Shown here: piece by piece, positions 49,677 through 61,602 of the stretch
Position numbering within the stretch: the first letter of the stretch is position 1
Layout of the letters: each line of letters begins with the position of its first letter
NCBI GenBank assembly: GCA_964106645.2
Contig: OZ067042.1
Source of the DNA: Podarcis pityusensis
Taxonomy: Eukaryota
Length of the DNA: 64,000 nucleotides
Reading direction: 5' to 3' (one strand)
Translations under genes and position numbers: made by a program
The notes under the pieces: generated by a model
The model's database searches: none
Seen by the model: the letters and a program-made list of their open reading frames with translations, nothing else
Told to the model about the DNA's origin: nothing

Positions 49677-51013
49677 CGTTTGAGGTAACTTTGCTGTAGA
49701 GAACATAGCCCCCAGGTGAAATTCTGTACAAGTTTTCACCAGGGACAAGATCTTTCAGGAATGAACAGTGTCAGAAAGATGTCCTGTCCAGTTTTGTTTA
49801 TTAAAAATGTTTGATATGACACACCGAGTAGTTGAGAGCTGGACTTGCTTTGGAGCATTCTGATAAGAACTTCACCTGGTTTTTGAGCCAGAACACCCAT
49901 TAACCCTGCCAAAATCATGCCTTAGGAAACACAAGAAGAGCCCACCAAAACAGGCCAATGGTTCATCTAGTCCAGCTTCCTGTTCCTAGAGCGGTCAACC
50001 AGATGTATTCCCTTCCCAGGGAAGACCTGAGAAATAATCTCTGTTAACAGTGGCTGACATTCACAAAAAAGGATCCTTGTTGTATACTGACAAAGCAAGA
50101 GGATTTTAGTTTGAATCAAAAGTACTACGAGAAGGAAAGTATGGCTGATCGCCTTCTAGCATAGCAATTATCACTGCAATGCTAACCATGTGTTCTCAGA
50201 AGTAAGTCCTATTGAATTAAATGGGTCTTATGCACAGGTTAGTTGGGGCTGGATTGCAGCCTTAATTCTCAAGAAAGCTATCACTGCAGCAATGACTAAG
50301 GCTGAAAAATTTGGTCTTCTAAAGACCATTGGTGTGATTTATTCTCAACAGAAAACATTTTAAATTATTCTGACAACTATTGAAATTAGTTCAGGTGTTC
50401 ACAGGACAGTCTGTGTTAACAGCAGAAGGGCACATTCTCCCTTATGTGAAATATGAGGAAATGCAGCTTTTAAAATATTGAACCTGTTAGGTTGCATCAG
50501 GGGCACCAAGTCCCACCCACACTCAATCTAACCTTTTTTTCTTTTCTGTATTGAGATCTGAACATCCTGGCCCATCCACCTACACTTGTTGTTGGCAGCA
50601 AAGCTAAAGTTTGGATTGCCCCAAAGTGGAGCTCACCAATTTAAAGTTGTAGGACTAAGCTGGAGGCTTTCCTCCTTATGAAGAGACCATCTACTGAGTA
50701 TATCAGAGATCTTGATAGCTCAGCATTACAACCTTCAAAATACAGAACAGCATGCCTATTAGTGTCCTATGAAAGAAGCCCTCAGGTTGCACTCTTAGAC
50801 ACCCTTACGTGGGAATAAGTCCCATTGAACTCAGTGGGACCTGGAAGTAAGCCAGGAGTGGGGCATCTCCCAACCTGAGGGCCACACTCCTTCATGGCGA
50901 ATATTCTGGGGACCACATGCCAGTGCTGGGTGAGGCAAATGTAGACAGAACAGCAGACATGACCTTTAACTTTGTACAGTAGGCCACAGTCCTCCCTGCA
51001 AAAGCCATGGGTA

Positions 51014-51255
51014 CAGTGGTACCTCGGGTTAAGTACTTAATTTGTTCCGGAGGTCCGTTCTTAACCTGAAACTGTTCTTAACCTGAAGCACCACTTTAGC
51101 TAATGGGGCCTCCTACTGCTGTCGCACCGCTGCTGCACAATTTCTGTTCTCATCCTGAAGCAAAGTTCTTAACCTGAAGCACTATTTCTGGGTTAGTGGA
51201 GTGTGTAACCTGAAGCGTATGTAACCTGAAGCGTATGTAACCCAAGGTACCACTG
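51014..51255. mobile_element. Tc1/mariner-pogo type MITE
   Basis: TA|CAGTGGTACCTCGGGTTA ... TAACCCAAGGTACCACTG|TA TIRs with TA duplication; internal TAACCTGAAGC repeats. Confidence 0.9.
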
Positions 51256-52625
51256 TACTGGGGTAGAATTTTGTTTAATGCACAGCTTGGACACCAATGG
51301 ACGTATGGATGCCCATTTTAATGTCATTTCAGTTCTAAGTAATGGCTACTGATGCTCTTGTTCTTTTGTGCATGAAAGCATCTGTTCCAGATTTTTATTT
51401 GGTTGGATGGCACCTTGTAAGCCTCCTTCCGGCAACTCCTGCAGCCAAGGTGCTGCCAGACATTTTGCTCTGCTTTCCTTTGGACCACATCAGTGAGGCT
51501 GAGAGGGGAGTCTTGCCATATTGGCAGCCCAGAACCTCCATATCCATGTGCTCCATTCTCTCTTGAGACAGACGAATGCCAACTATATACCACAAGTTTC
51601 TCATATATAACAAAACAAGTTAGTACAGACATTACTGGTAATTAGTTCACCCTACTAGTTATATGCACACAACAGAGAGTTATTTCCAGGTAAGAAGCAG
51701 TTGTCAAAGTTAAAATATAGCCATTTTCTCCACCTGGTGGCATTTAAAACAAATTACAACAGAAGGCATCTTTGAGTTCAGTTATTTCTAATCACTTTAA
51801 AGGGGTCTGTGACTGTATAATAACTGGTTGATTGTTTCTAATTGCTCTGTGGTTTGTACAGGAGAGGGTTTTTTTAAGCAGTAAGATTAATAACAAGAGG
51901 AGTCAAAACAAACTTTCTTTGTGATCAATTTTACACCTCTTTGCTTCAGTGGATGGAGAGATGAATCATCCCATCGTTCCCACTCCTGCCAATTTTTACT
52001 GAATACCAGCTTTACACAACCTGGTGCTCTTGAGATATTTTGGACTACAACTTCTATCAGCTCCAGTCCAGTCCAGTCTCAGGTTGGGGAAGGATGCTTG
52101 AGATGATCACTATGTATGAAATTAACTCCTGATTTTAGTTATTATTCCTTCTCTTGCAGCTGAAACAAATTTGGGGAAAACATTGTCCTAACTCAGTTGT
52201 GTTTTACAAAATGTTAGGAATTTGTTTTCTGATCATTTGAATCCACTCACAGAGACAGGTGTGAATACTGTTATGTTTAGGAGGAGGAGTTAAGGAGAAA
52301 AACAAAATTGGCAAATTGATACTGGAAAGTATTGCCTTAAAATTAATAATCAAAGTCAAATGTCAAAGTCAAAAAGTAAACCTTAAATTTTGAAAAAGGC
52401 TGAACTTTGAGTCTGTAAAAAGTTTCATTTCTACCTCCTCCCTGCAGATTTATAAAAATTGCTACCTCCCAGCTTCCAACACTCTTCAATTCACCATGTC
52501 ATCAGGTGGACATGGCACTTTCCTTTGTGCAATTTTTAAAACTGCGAATGGATCCATTATTCTGCCCAGAGCCAGTTTTTAAGGCAATATATTCATGCTT
52601 CTGTTTTGTGGGCCCCAAATACTAG

Positions 52626-53120
52626 TTTGTTTATTTATTTATTTGTCGAATTTATATACCGCCCTATACCTGGAGGTCTCAGGGCAGTTCACAGAACAAG
52701 ATCACAATATATAAAATCAAAATAAGAACAACAACCCAATAACATCTCCCCACAAAAAGAGTCACATTTTAAAAGGGAATAGGATGTCAGTCGGGTCAAC
52801 CAAAGGCTGGTTAAAAAGGAATGTCTTTGCCTGGCACCTAAAGGTGTATAATGAAGGCGCCAGGTGAACTTCCCTGGGGAGAGCATTCCACAGATGGGGA
52901 GCCACTGCAGAGAAGGCCCGTTCTCATGTTGCCACCCTCTGGACCTCTCAGGGAGGAGGCACGTGAAGGAGGGCCTCAGAAGATGATCTCAGGGTCTGGT
53001 TAGGTTTGTATGGAAAGAGGCGGTCCTTGAGGTATTGCAGTCCTGAGCAGTTTAAGGCTTAATGGGTCAAAACCAGCACTTTGAATAGGGCCCAGAAACT
53101 AATTGGTAGCCAGTACAGTC
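52626..53120 (-). mobile_element. L2-clade LINE 3' fragment
   Basis: - strand reads FSAVAPHLWNALPREVHLAPSLYTFRCQAKTFLF (L2 ORF2 end), with an (AAAT)n tail. Confidence 0.8.
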
Positions 53121-54972
53121 GGTTCTCATTATGGTGAGGTCTTGTTAGCAGTTATTATGTTTAAACAGAAACACTATTGCTGCAACCCCTGCCCTAGGTA
53201 AAATTTGCCTAAAGCATTATCTTGGATACTGCCTGTGATGAATTGATAGTGTGTAGTTGTACCATAATATTCCAGTGTTATTGCCAGTAAATGGCTGGCT
53301 TAAAATGGAGTTAGCAGAGGTGAAAGTATCCTCTGCTTTGTTCTTATCACCAGTTAATCAATCATGAAATGAAACAAGCATTTAAACATACAGTTTTCTT
53401 TAAAATATCATCTCTTATATGAGGTTATCTTCTTCTGCTTCCTGCTATGATTGCCGCTGTTTTCACTTACACTGTAAGACACTCAGAACAGAAATTCAGC
53501 AGATGGAGCATTACCTGTATAATCTTTAATGTTTTGGAAACCCACATCTGCAGAATATTTGGTAGTCCTGCAGTCGTTAATCCTGCTTCCTATCAGGGGC
53601 CTCTGGAGTCAAAATACCAGCCCTGATTTCATTTACATTCTGAAAGGAAGATGCCTGTTGGGTTCACTGGACTTTAACCCTGGCCTAAATAAACTTCATT
53701 CATATCTAGTTAAAGTGTCTGATTAAGGGAGTCTTCATGTGCCTGACACCATGGCTTGAAACAGATTTATTGGGAATCAAGTCTCACTGCTATCAGCAGA
53801 ATTTATACTGCCATTCTTAGTGTGACTTTTTATTAATATTCATTGGGGTTGCCCCAGGAATAAAACATTGTAGTTGATTAATTCTATGAGTTCTAGTTGA
53901 TTAAGTCATTGTTCAATCAACTGCATTGTTATAAGTTTGCTTACAGCTAAGTAGTCCAAAACAAACAAACAAACAAACAAACAAACAAAGCATGCAAACA
54001 TGTGACCAAGGCACCCCCTTACAAGACCTGTTTTCTACATGAGAAAGAATAGGGAACAGTTCTCCCAAGCTGTAGGTTTTATTTATATAGTTGTATATCA
54101 CCGCTTTGAGGGTGGTTTTTCCCCCTAAAAGCAAGTGGTATATAAATTTTATGAAATAAACAAATAAATATTAACTCTTCTTTTTTTAAAAAAAAATTCT
54201 GTCTGAGTAACCAGCCACCGTTTCAGTAGACTAAGCTAAATTTCAGATGTAGAAAGTTGAGAAGCTTTAGAAAGTTTGTATGAGTTTTAACTTGTTTCGG
54301 TCTATTCAAACTTTCTGTATGTTTTAAATTATGGTTGCAAATTTTTTTAGTGCTTTTTTTTTTGTTTTATCTTTCTTGTAAACTGCTTTGAGGCTTTTTC
54401 CTACAATCAATTAGTTTAAAAACTTATGAATTAAATAAATTAGATTAAACAATAACTCAAGTAAACATTACAGCCCTCTTCTTCCATCATAAACTGGGAT
54501 CAGAAGAGGGGATAAAAATACTCACCATTGACTTTTTACTCTAACGTGACTTATTAGCCGCCACCAGAAATTCCTATTTTTCAGAAAGAGGTGCTTGACC
54601 TGTCCTCCAAGTATCTCCTTTGGGGAAGAAAGGGCTTCTATGTCTAAAAACATTTTTTTACAGATTTCTGTTCTGTTTCATCCTCATTTTCTTGTGAAAA
54701 ACTCTTGTCTGAAAACAGTGGGGTTGTTAGATAACTGGCACTGGGTGTCTATAGAATACCTTTGGACCTCCATAATATGTCAGAGAGACCATCAGTAGAC
54801 TCACTTACCTGGAGGTACAGAAGCACCAACTGGAAAGCAAGATTTCCGAATTAACTCTCAGGGTGCGGATCCTGTGTAAGATAATTCCCCCTTTGTTTTT
54901 TCTCTCTTCCACCGTCCCCCCCCCCCTCGCGAAGGTTGCCCTTAAATGCTGAGTTAAATGCTGTTGGCAGGC

Positions 54973-54989
54973 TGACCCTCGAGTGAACC
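54973..54989 (-). promoter_or_regulatory. DR5 retinoic acid response element (distal)
   Basis: + strand TGACCC tcgag TGAACC = GGTTCA-n5-GGGTCA on the - strand, a perfect RGKTCA DR5; extra half-site TGACCT at 55007. Confidence 0.65.
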
Positions 54990-56983
54990 TGAAGCCTCTG
55001 CCCTCTTGACCTTGCCTTTTAAGGTGAATCTTTGTGGTAAACTGAGAAAAAAACAACAACAGCCAAATGTCAATGACTAACTTTAATTAGCACAGCTCCC
55101 CTAGACGACCCCCCTTCCAAATGCTACAGATAGAAGTCATGGTGAGATTTCCCTCCTTTAATCAAATGGTTTTGATTAAAATAAAAAATAGAAAAAAACA
55201 ATGGAAAGAAGAAGCGCCGGGACTGTTGGATTTCGTTTTGGAGACCTGTTTCGCACCTACCCCACCGCTTCGGTTGACACCCAGTTCGGTGGTCCTAAAC
55301 GCGGGTGTGGATCGTGTGAAGGGGTTCTTCCACCACGCGTTGACTAACCTGCCGGCAGGAGCGTGGAGGACAGGGAAAGAGCGAATGTCTCCTACCATGA
55401 TCTAGCATGGAGAGGGTATCTATAGATGTTCCTGGTCCAGTTTTCTTTCGTTCTCCTCTCCTCCTCCTCCTCCGGAAAAGCCTGGGAACTTAACTCGGGC
55501 TTTCAGACACAAAATTCATTCTTCTCGCTTTTCCTTCATTCCCCGAATCTTAGCGCTTCCTATTGCAGAGCACTCACTCCTATGACCGTCTGCTGGGAAG
55601 TAAGTCCCGTTGTATTGAATGGGGAACAGCGCACGCAACTGAGGACACAGGTTGCAGTTCTGTACCTTACTTCCTAGGGAGAAAGCCCCACTGGGACTTG
55701 CTTCTGAGGAGACATGCACTGCACACCGCTGTAGTTAGTTAGGCTCTCCAGGGCACACTGCAAGCCTCAGATTCACTGGCCCGAATAAAAAGGAGAAACC
55801 TGCGAGTCTGAAACTGGCGAAGGCGCGAAGGGCACTTGAAGCTGGAATGCAGCCGCTGGTACGTTTCAAAAGCAAGACTGAAAGAGGGATAGATCCGGCT
55901 TTCAAGCTGGTGGACGCGCCAGATTGAAATGAAATTTGGAATGAAAACTGAATCTCTGAAGCCTCTGAAGTGCGCGCGTTGATCTCCGAGAGTCGGGATA
56001 GTGAGAAAGCCGTTTAAAAACCGGATAGCACGGAAGCCTAATGCGCTCTTGATTCCGGTTGACTTACCTCGGAGAATAAACACAAACATAGGATTGGTCA
56101 ACATAAGAAGATCATATATATTTCTTTTGAAATATTTTCGTTTTCTTTTTCAAAAATGCCCTCTTAGTGTGTTGGGGGCGGAAATATTGATTTATTTATC
56201 ATTTATTAAATTTATATAGTGCCCTTCCTCCGAAGATCTCAGGGCAGTTCACAAGACTGAATATATATGTGTGTGAATTCGTACATTCATAAGCACATGA
56301 AGAGTCTCCTGGCACGTTAACGACAAAGGGTGGGTTTATAGCCAAAGGTAGTCAAAGTAGACCTACTGAAAGCAATGGACGGTCAAATTCTAACAAGCTT
56401 CCACGGACCACCACCAGACCTGAGGATTATTTCCCTTCATGCACCTGCTGAAGGGGACTTTGGTAAAGTGGACCCCGAAAGCTCATTCGCAGTCAAACGT
56501 GTTAGTCTTTCGAGGTGCCAAAAACCGCGTGTGATGTTGTTACTGCTGCTTTAAACGGTTTAGCTCGGGGATCGCTGCAGCCTTTAACTCGCCTAAGGTT
56601 GCGCAAGAGTTAATAGGTTTTTTGAGAACAGAAGCCCGGACCTTTCCCCACGGTAGAAGTCCGAACCCCACCCCACTCCGCCCCCGCTTCTTCCCCCTTC
56701 GAAAGTGCAACGTAATGACCGTTAACTTGCCACCCCCACCGCCCCAGTCCCTTCGTATTCGGCTGTTAATTTCTTGACCTTCTTCCAAGATGTCTTTAAT
56801 GATCCCTTTCACTCTCTGACCACTGGAGAATCCCGCCCCCCCCCCCGCAGCCTCGGGATTGACGGCTGCGGAGATAATAAAGGTTTCCTGTGTTAATTAA
56901 CGGTGCTCAGACCACCGTATCTCGTTATTTGGCGGACAGTGAACTTGGCGCAGGAGCTGGCAGGGTTCATTCATCCGGGCGGT

Positions 56984-57000
56984 AGGTCACTGGCAGGTCA
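56984..57000 (+). promoter_or_regulatory. DR5 retinoic acid response element (distal)
   Basis: AGGTCA ctggc AGGTCA, a perfect DR5, with adjacent half-sites TGAACT (56940) and GGTTCA (56964). Confidence 0.75.
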
Positions 57001-58722
57001 TCGCATGGGAACGCGCAAGTGCCCCGGGGTTAGGCCACTGTTCGCGGAGCCGCAGACGCACCACCGGACGGGCATCCGCCCCCATTAGGCGCACACGCAC
57101 GAGGAGGATGCAGGTCCACCCCCCCCCCCCAAGCTCGCCAGGGCCCTGGGCTTATATAGGTCAGGCGAGGGGGCGAGGAGGGAACACAGTGAGCCTTAAA
57201 AAAAAATCTATTAAAAACAAAAGCCAACCGTGGGGGAAAGAACGACACAGGCCAGGAGTCCGTCCTCGCCTCTTCCCCTCCAACATAATTAATATAATCA
57301 GCTCCCATTCCGGCAGGGCTTGTTGACTGGGGGGTCGGGAAGGAAGGAGCCAGGAGGAGCCGGAGGATCGGGACCGACTTCAGCTGCCCTCGAACTGAAC
57401 AACGCACTTTTGTTAACCCCTAGCCAGATTATAATTACGTATAATCATTTGAGTAAGAGACTTGGCCAGTGTTAATGACAGGCTGGGATGACACGCAGCT
57501 TGCAGAGAGAAAGGACCCGAGTCTCCCCACGCGCACCGATTCTCGATTCCGAGAAGAGGGGCTTGCCTCGTCCTTTTCGCACGGCACGCCAAGAATGCTC
57601 GGGTGCGTGTGAACGTTGTTTATGCGAGTTCTCGGGCGCTGCGTTTCCTTCGGCTCCCTGAAAAGAGGACCAAGCTTTTGAGGAGACACGTGTACGATTG
57701 CCCCGCTGTGTATGTGGCTTGCTGCAACTCCTGCAAAAGATCCTGGGCTCGGTGGGCTCGGTCCCATTTTATGCTCCTCAGCCAGAGAACAAAACGAGGA
57801 GCAAAACGCTTCTCCCGGCCTGGCCCATATTACATCCTCACCACAACCCTGTGAGGTAGGCAACAGTTTCGTGGCTGAGTGACATTTGAACATGCTTCTT
57901 CCCAGCTGCACTCTGGCAATGTGCCCGCCCCACCAGACTCACTCCCCAGGATAATGAAATCTGCACACTTAGCCACAAATAGGTGGATCATTCCCTGCAG
58001 AGCAGACTTATTGCTGTCCACGAATTTACTCCAGAGCGACTTGCTCCAAGGGTGCATCCCGATTCTCAAAGTGTAACACTTTCTCCCGTAGTGGTTTGAT
58101 TTTTCTCTCTCCACTCTTAACTGCAGGAGGAATGGAAAGAATTCCAGTTAGACACTTCCACTGCCCTGCGCCTTCCGACCGTCCCCAATAAACCCCTGCA
58201 TTTTTCTAGGTTCACCCTTGTCCCTTCAGCTCAGAGGGATTTCCCTGTAGACCAGCCGCATAATCAGAATGTACAGTACGACATAAATCTATGATCAGCT
58301 ACAAAAAAGACAGCAAGCAAGCGCTGGCTGCTCAAGGCGCTTCTTGAATTCCCTCGCCTTGCAGTGGAATTGAGTGCCCTAATGCATTTACTCGAGTCCT
58401 ACACGAATCCCACCGCCCTCTCCTTGGGAGAAAAAAGGCGGCACCTAGGCCGCATTTCCCCTAGAATAGCCGCAGGCCGATCCCGGTGGCGACTCTGTGA
58501 GCAGCGGGACCACCTCCCTGACCCTTCTTTCGCTCCCGGGCTACGCAAGTGCTATGCGTGTCTGCAGCGCTTGGCGAACACCCAGCGCCCTCTGGCACGA
58601 AAGGGAAATTTCGGCCTGGCTTGGGAAGCCTCTTGGAGAGGGAAAGAAAGGCGGCAGCGGGGCCGTCCCGAGGGTCCCCAGAGAAGCGGCATCTTCTGGT
58701 CTGGTAACCCCACTAAAACTTT

Positions 58723-58962
58723 TTGTTGTTTAGTCGTTTAGTCGTGTCCGCCTCTTCGTGACCCCATGGACCAGAGCACGCCAGGCACTCCTGTCTTCCA
58801 CTGCCTCCCGCAGTTTGGTCAGACTCATGCTGGTAGCTTCGAGAACACTGTCCAACCATCTCGTCCTCTGTCGTCCCCTTCTCCTTGTGCCCTCCATCTT
58901 TCCCAACATCAGGGTCTTTTCCAGGGAGACTTCTCTTCTCATGTGGTGATCAAAGTATTGGA
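58723..58962 (-). mobile_element. BovB (RTE) LINE, 5'-truncated 3' end
   Basis: QYFDHHMRREVSLEKTLMLGKMEGTRRRGRQRTRWLDSVLEATSMSLTKLREAVEDRSAWRALVHGVTKRRTRLND. Confidence 0.9.
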
Positions 58963-58963
58963 A

Positions 58964-58998
<35 letters not shown>
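58964..58998. repeat. (TTA)n microsatellite adjoining a BovB truncation point
   Basis: Read directly from the sequence. Confidence 0.95.
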
Positions 58999-61457
58999 GC
59001 TAAGCGAGGAACACCCCCGCTCCCTCCCCGCCAGTGTGCTCCCAAGCACGATCTGCTGGAGAAACCAATGAATGGAAGATGTCCGCAGGTCACCTCTGAC
59101 GCATAGTCTTACGGGGGTAACAACGCAAATATTCGGGGTATGTCTCAGTGGGGAAGTAAAATGGGGGCGGGGAGTCGACGTCGCAGCCTTGGCCAAGCAG
59201 CGAGAGAGCTTTTATTTTTTATTTTTTCCCCTCAGCGATGTCACTGCCCCCATTGGAGCCCACGGGTCGTACTTCCGAGTAGGCAAGGGTGGTTTGTGCA
59301 AACAGGTGCCTGTCGCCCTCGGCTGGCCTCTTTCCAGGGATCAGGCTGCGGTAGCTACCAAGTTGAACCCAAGGCTAGGGCGCAAAGGTTTCGAGTTGGG
59401 CCTTTAAATCGTAGTTCTTCGCCGGAGTAGGCAGGGGGTGATCCTAAAGGCCAGGCGAACCCCACCCCACGCCATTCTCGGCAGATCGGATAAAAGAGGC
59501 TTTACTCCCCCAAGTCAGTAGGCCGTGAGGATTGTGGAGCTCGAGGTCAGAGTCTATAAAACGGCCTTTGGGGTTCAGAGGTGCCTGGAGTACTATATGT
59601 TCGGGGTACATAATGATAATAATAATAATAATTATTATTTTGCTGCGCCCACCAGAGTGGTTCCCCAGCCACTTTGCGCGGCTCCTACACCTGCACCTTT
59701 CTCTGCCCGAGGCTTTCTTTCGTGTGTGGGGCAGCAGTGGGGAATGGGGTTTATTTCCCTTCCAGGAGAAAGTAGCGCAAGGCAAGTGCACTCAAGCCCC
59801 GTAGCACCCAGAGGGACTTTGGGAACCGGAACGGGGCGCAGCTTTGCGCCCGATGCACGCGCTGGCCGCCTCTTGTCCAACCCTCGCTTCCTTCCGTTCC
59901 AACTTCTCTGGCTGGCCCCAGAGAAACCGACTTGACATTTCTGCAGATTCGGGGTCAAGATGGCTGCGGAGTGAAGCCTGATTCGCCCTCCCCCGCCACG
60001 CAGGTCTGGAGAGAATCCGAGTTCACACCTTCTCCACCCGCCCTCGCAGATCCGGCTGCCCCCCCCCCCCAGGCGACTCTGTGTGTTTATTCTTCGCCCC
60101 AACAACCTCCCTTTCCCTCGCTGACCTGCGTTTGAACCTACGATTCGCCCCGCGCCATCAGCTTGGAGAATTTACTCCGTCTTCTCGCTGCTGCTGCGGA
60201 TTCCTCCTCTCAGGTCCCTTGAACGTAAATATCCAACCCCTGTCGGTGGGGTGAACTGCAGGCCAAGGACTAATTTTAGAGAAAGCGGCCAGGGCTCGGC
60301 CATTCTTCCCCGGGCCGCTGACATCATTTATGGTTTCGAGCCTCGGAAACATCCCGCGCTCCCTTTGCAAGGCAGCGGCTGCTGCGGAGGCAACGCTCGC
60401 GCGGAGCTGGAGAGCCGCGGATTGGGGGCAGGCCCAGGGCTTTCCCACCCTAAATCTTCACGGCCCTTCCAGCCAAAGGGGGCAGAGAGAAGCCGGAGCT
60501 ACAGTGGTTCAGCAACCGGATCGGTTCCTTGTAGTGGGGGGCTCTCCCCGCGCCCCCAAAACCCACCCCCAATGCTTGGCCGCAGAAATTTGTTTCAACC
60601 TTAATGTACGGTTCGGGGACGTTGTTACTCGGTTGATGCTCTGCGGCCCAGCCTAACCTCTCTTACCTGCGAGTAAGGGCCGCTGAATGCAGTCAGCAGT
60701 CCAGGGTCAGGTTTGCGTTCTTATTTTCTTTACAGGCCAAGAGTGCGCTGGGCATTTTATAGAGTATTACGGTTTCTGCCCCGAGGATTTTACAATCTAA
60801 AATTCCACCCAGGGGGAGATAGGACTATCTTTGTGAGAAACACGAAGAAAAGAGCACCTCTGGGCATGTACAGAGGGGCACTTAAGTCACCGCAACTCCA
60901 GCCTCCTCACTATAGAAGGTGCCACCTCCAAACTGGACCCCCCTCATTTGAAGAAGAAATGTGCTCAAGCGATCCTTTAGGAGAAAGGCAATGCTTCTGT
61001 TCTGTTAGGAGCCCAGCTAAAAGAGCGCAAAGAAGTTCGCAAGCTTTGCTGTTCCACAGCGTTCTTCTCCTGCTTGGATGTTAGCAAAAGCAAACAAAAC
61101 AAAGGGTGGGTACCAGCGGTAGTGTGCACTGCGCAGGGTCAAATAGATGATCCCAGGGTCCCCCAAAGTCTTTGAAAAAATCAAGGACCAACTTTGTTAT
61201 TGGATGAGCGGCAGGCAGAAATTTCACAGGTCGAGCTCCCTATCACTGTATTTCTGTTTCAGAGGCAGATTAGAGAACTGACAACCTAATCCGATGACTC
61301 CTTATTCAGAAATAAGTCCCCCAGTACTGTACTCAGTTGTGGTGTGTGTGGCTACTTTGAGGTAAGTGTTTGCAAGGTTGTAGCCTAAATTTATGTATCT
61401 CCTGCAACACACTAACTGGCTGCCTGGAGAGGGAGCAAAATTAAGAAGATAGAAAGT

Positions 61458-61602
61458 AATTCCACCCACCGAACCAATTGCTTACACAATTAAATTCCAT
61501 GGAGCTTTCTAGTTATTTGAGAGAAAGCTTTCTATATACAGTATTTGAGAGAAAGCTCCATGGAATTTAATTGTGTAAGCAATTGGTTCGGTGGGAGGAA
61601 TT
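61458..61602. repeat. 53-bp near-perfect inverted repeat
   Basis: Arms 61458-61510 and 61550-61602 are reverse complements with one mismatch; 39-nt spacer. Confidence 0.95.

Noticed and set aside
51014-51255. Repeated TAACCTGAAGC units as a CRISPR-like array
   Set aside because: Internal repeats of a TA-flanked MITE with irregular spacing, in a eukaryotic genome.
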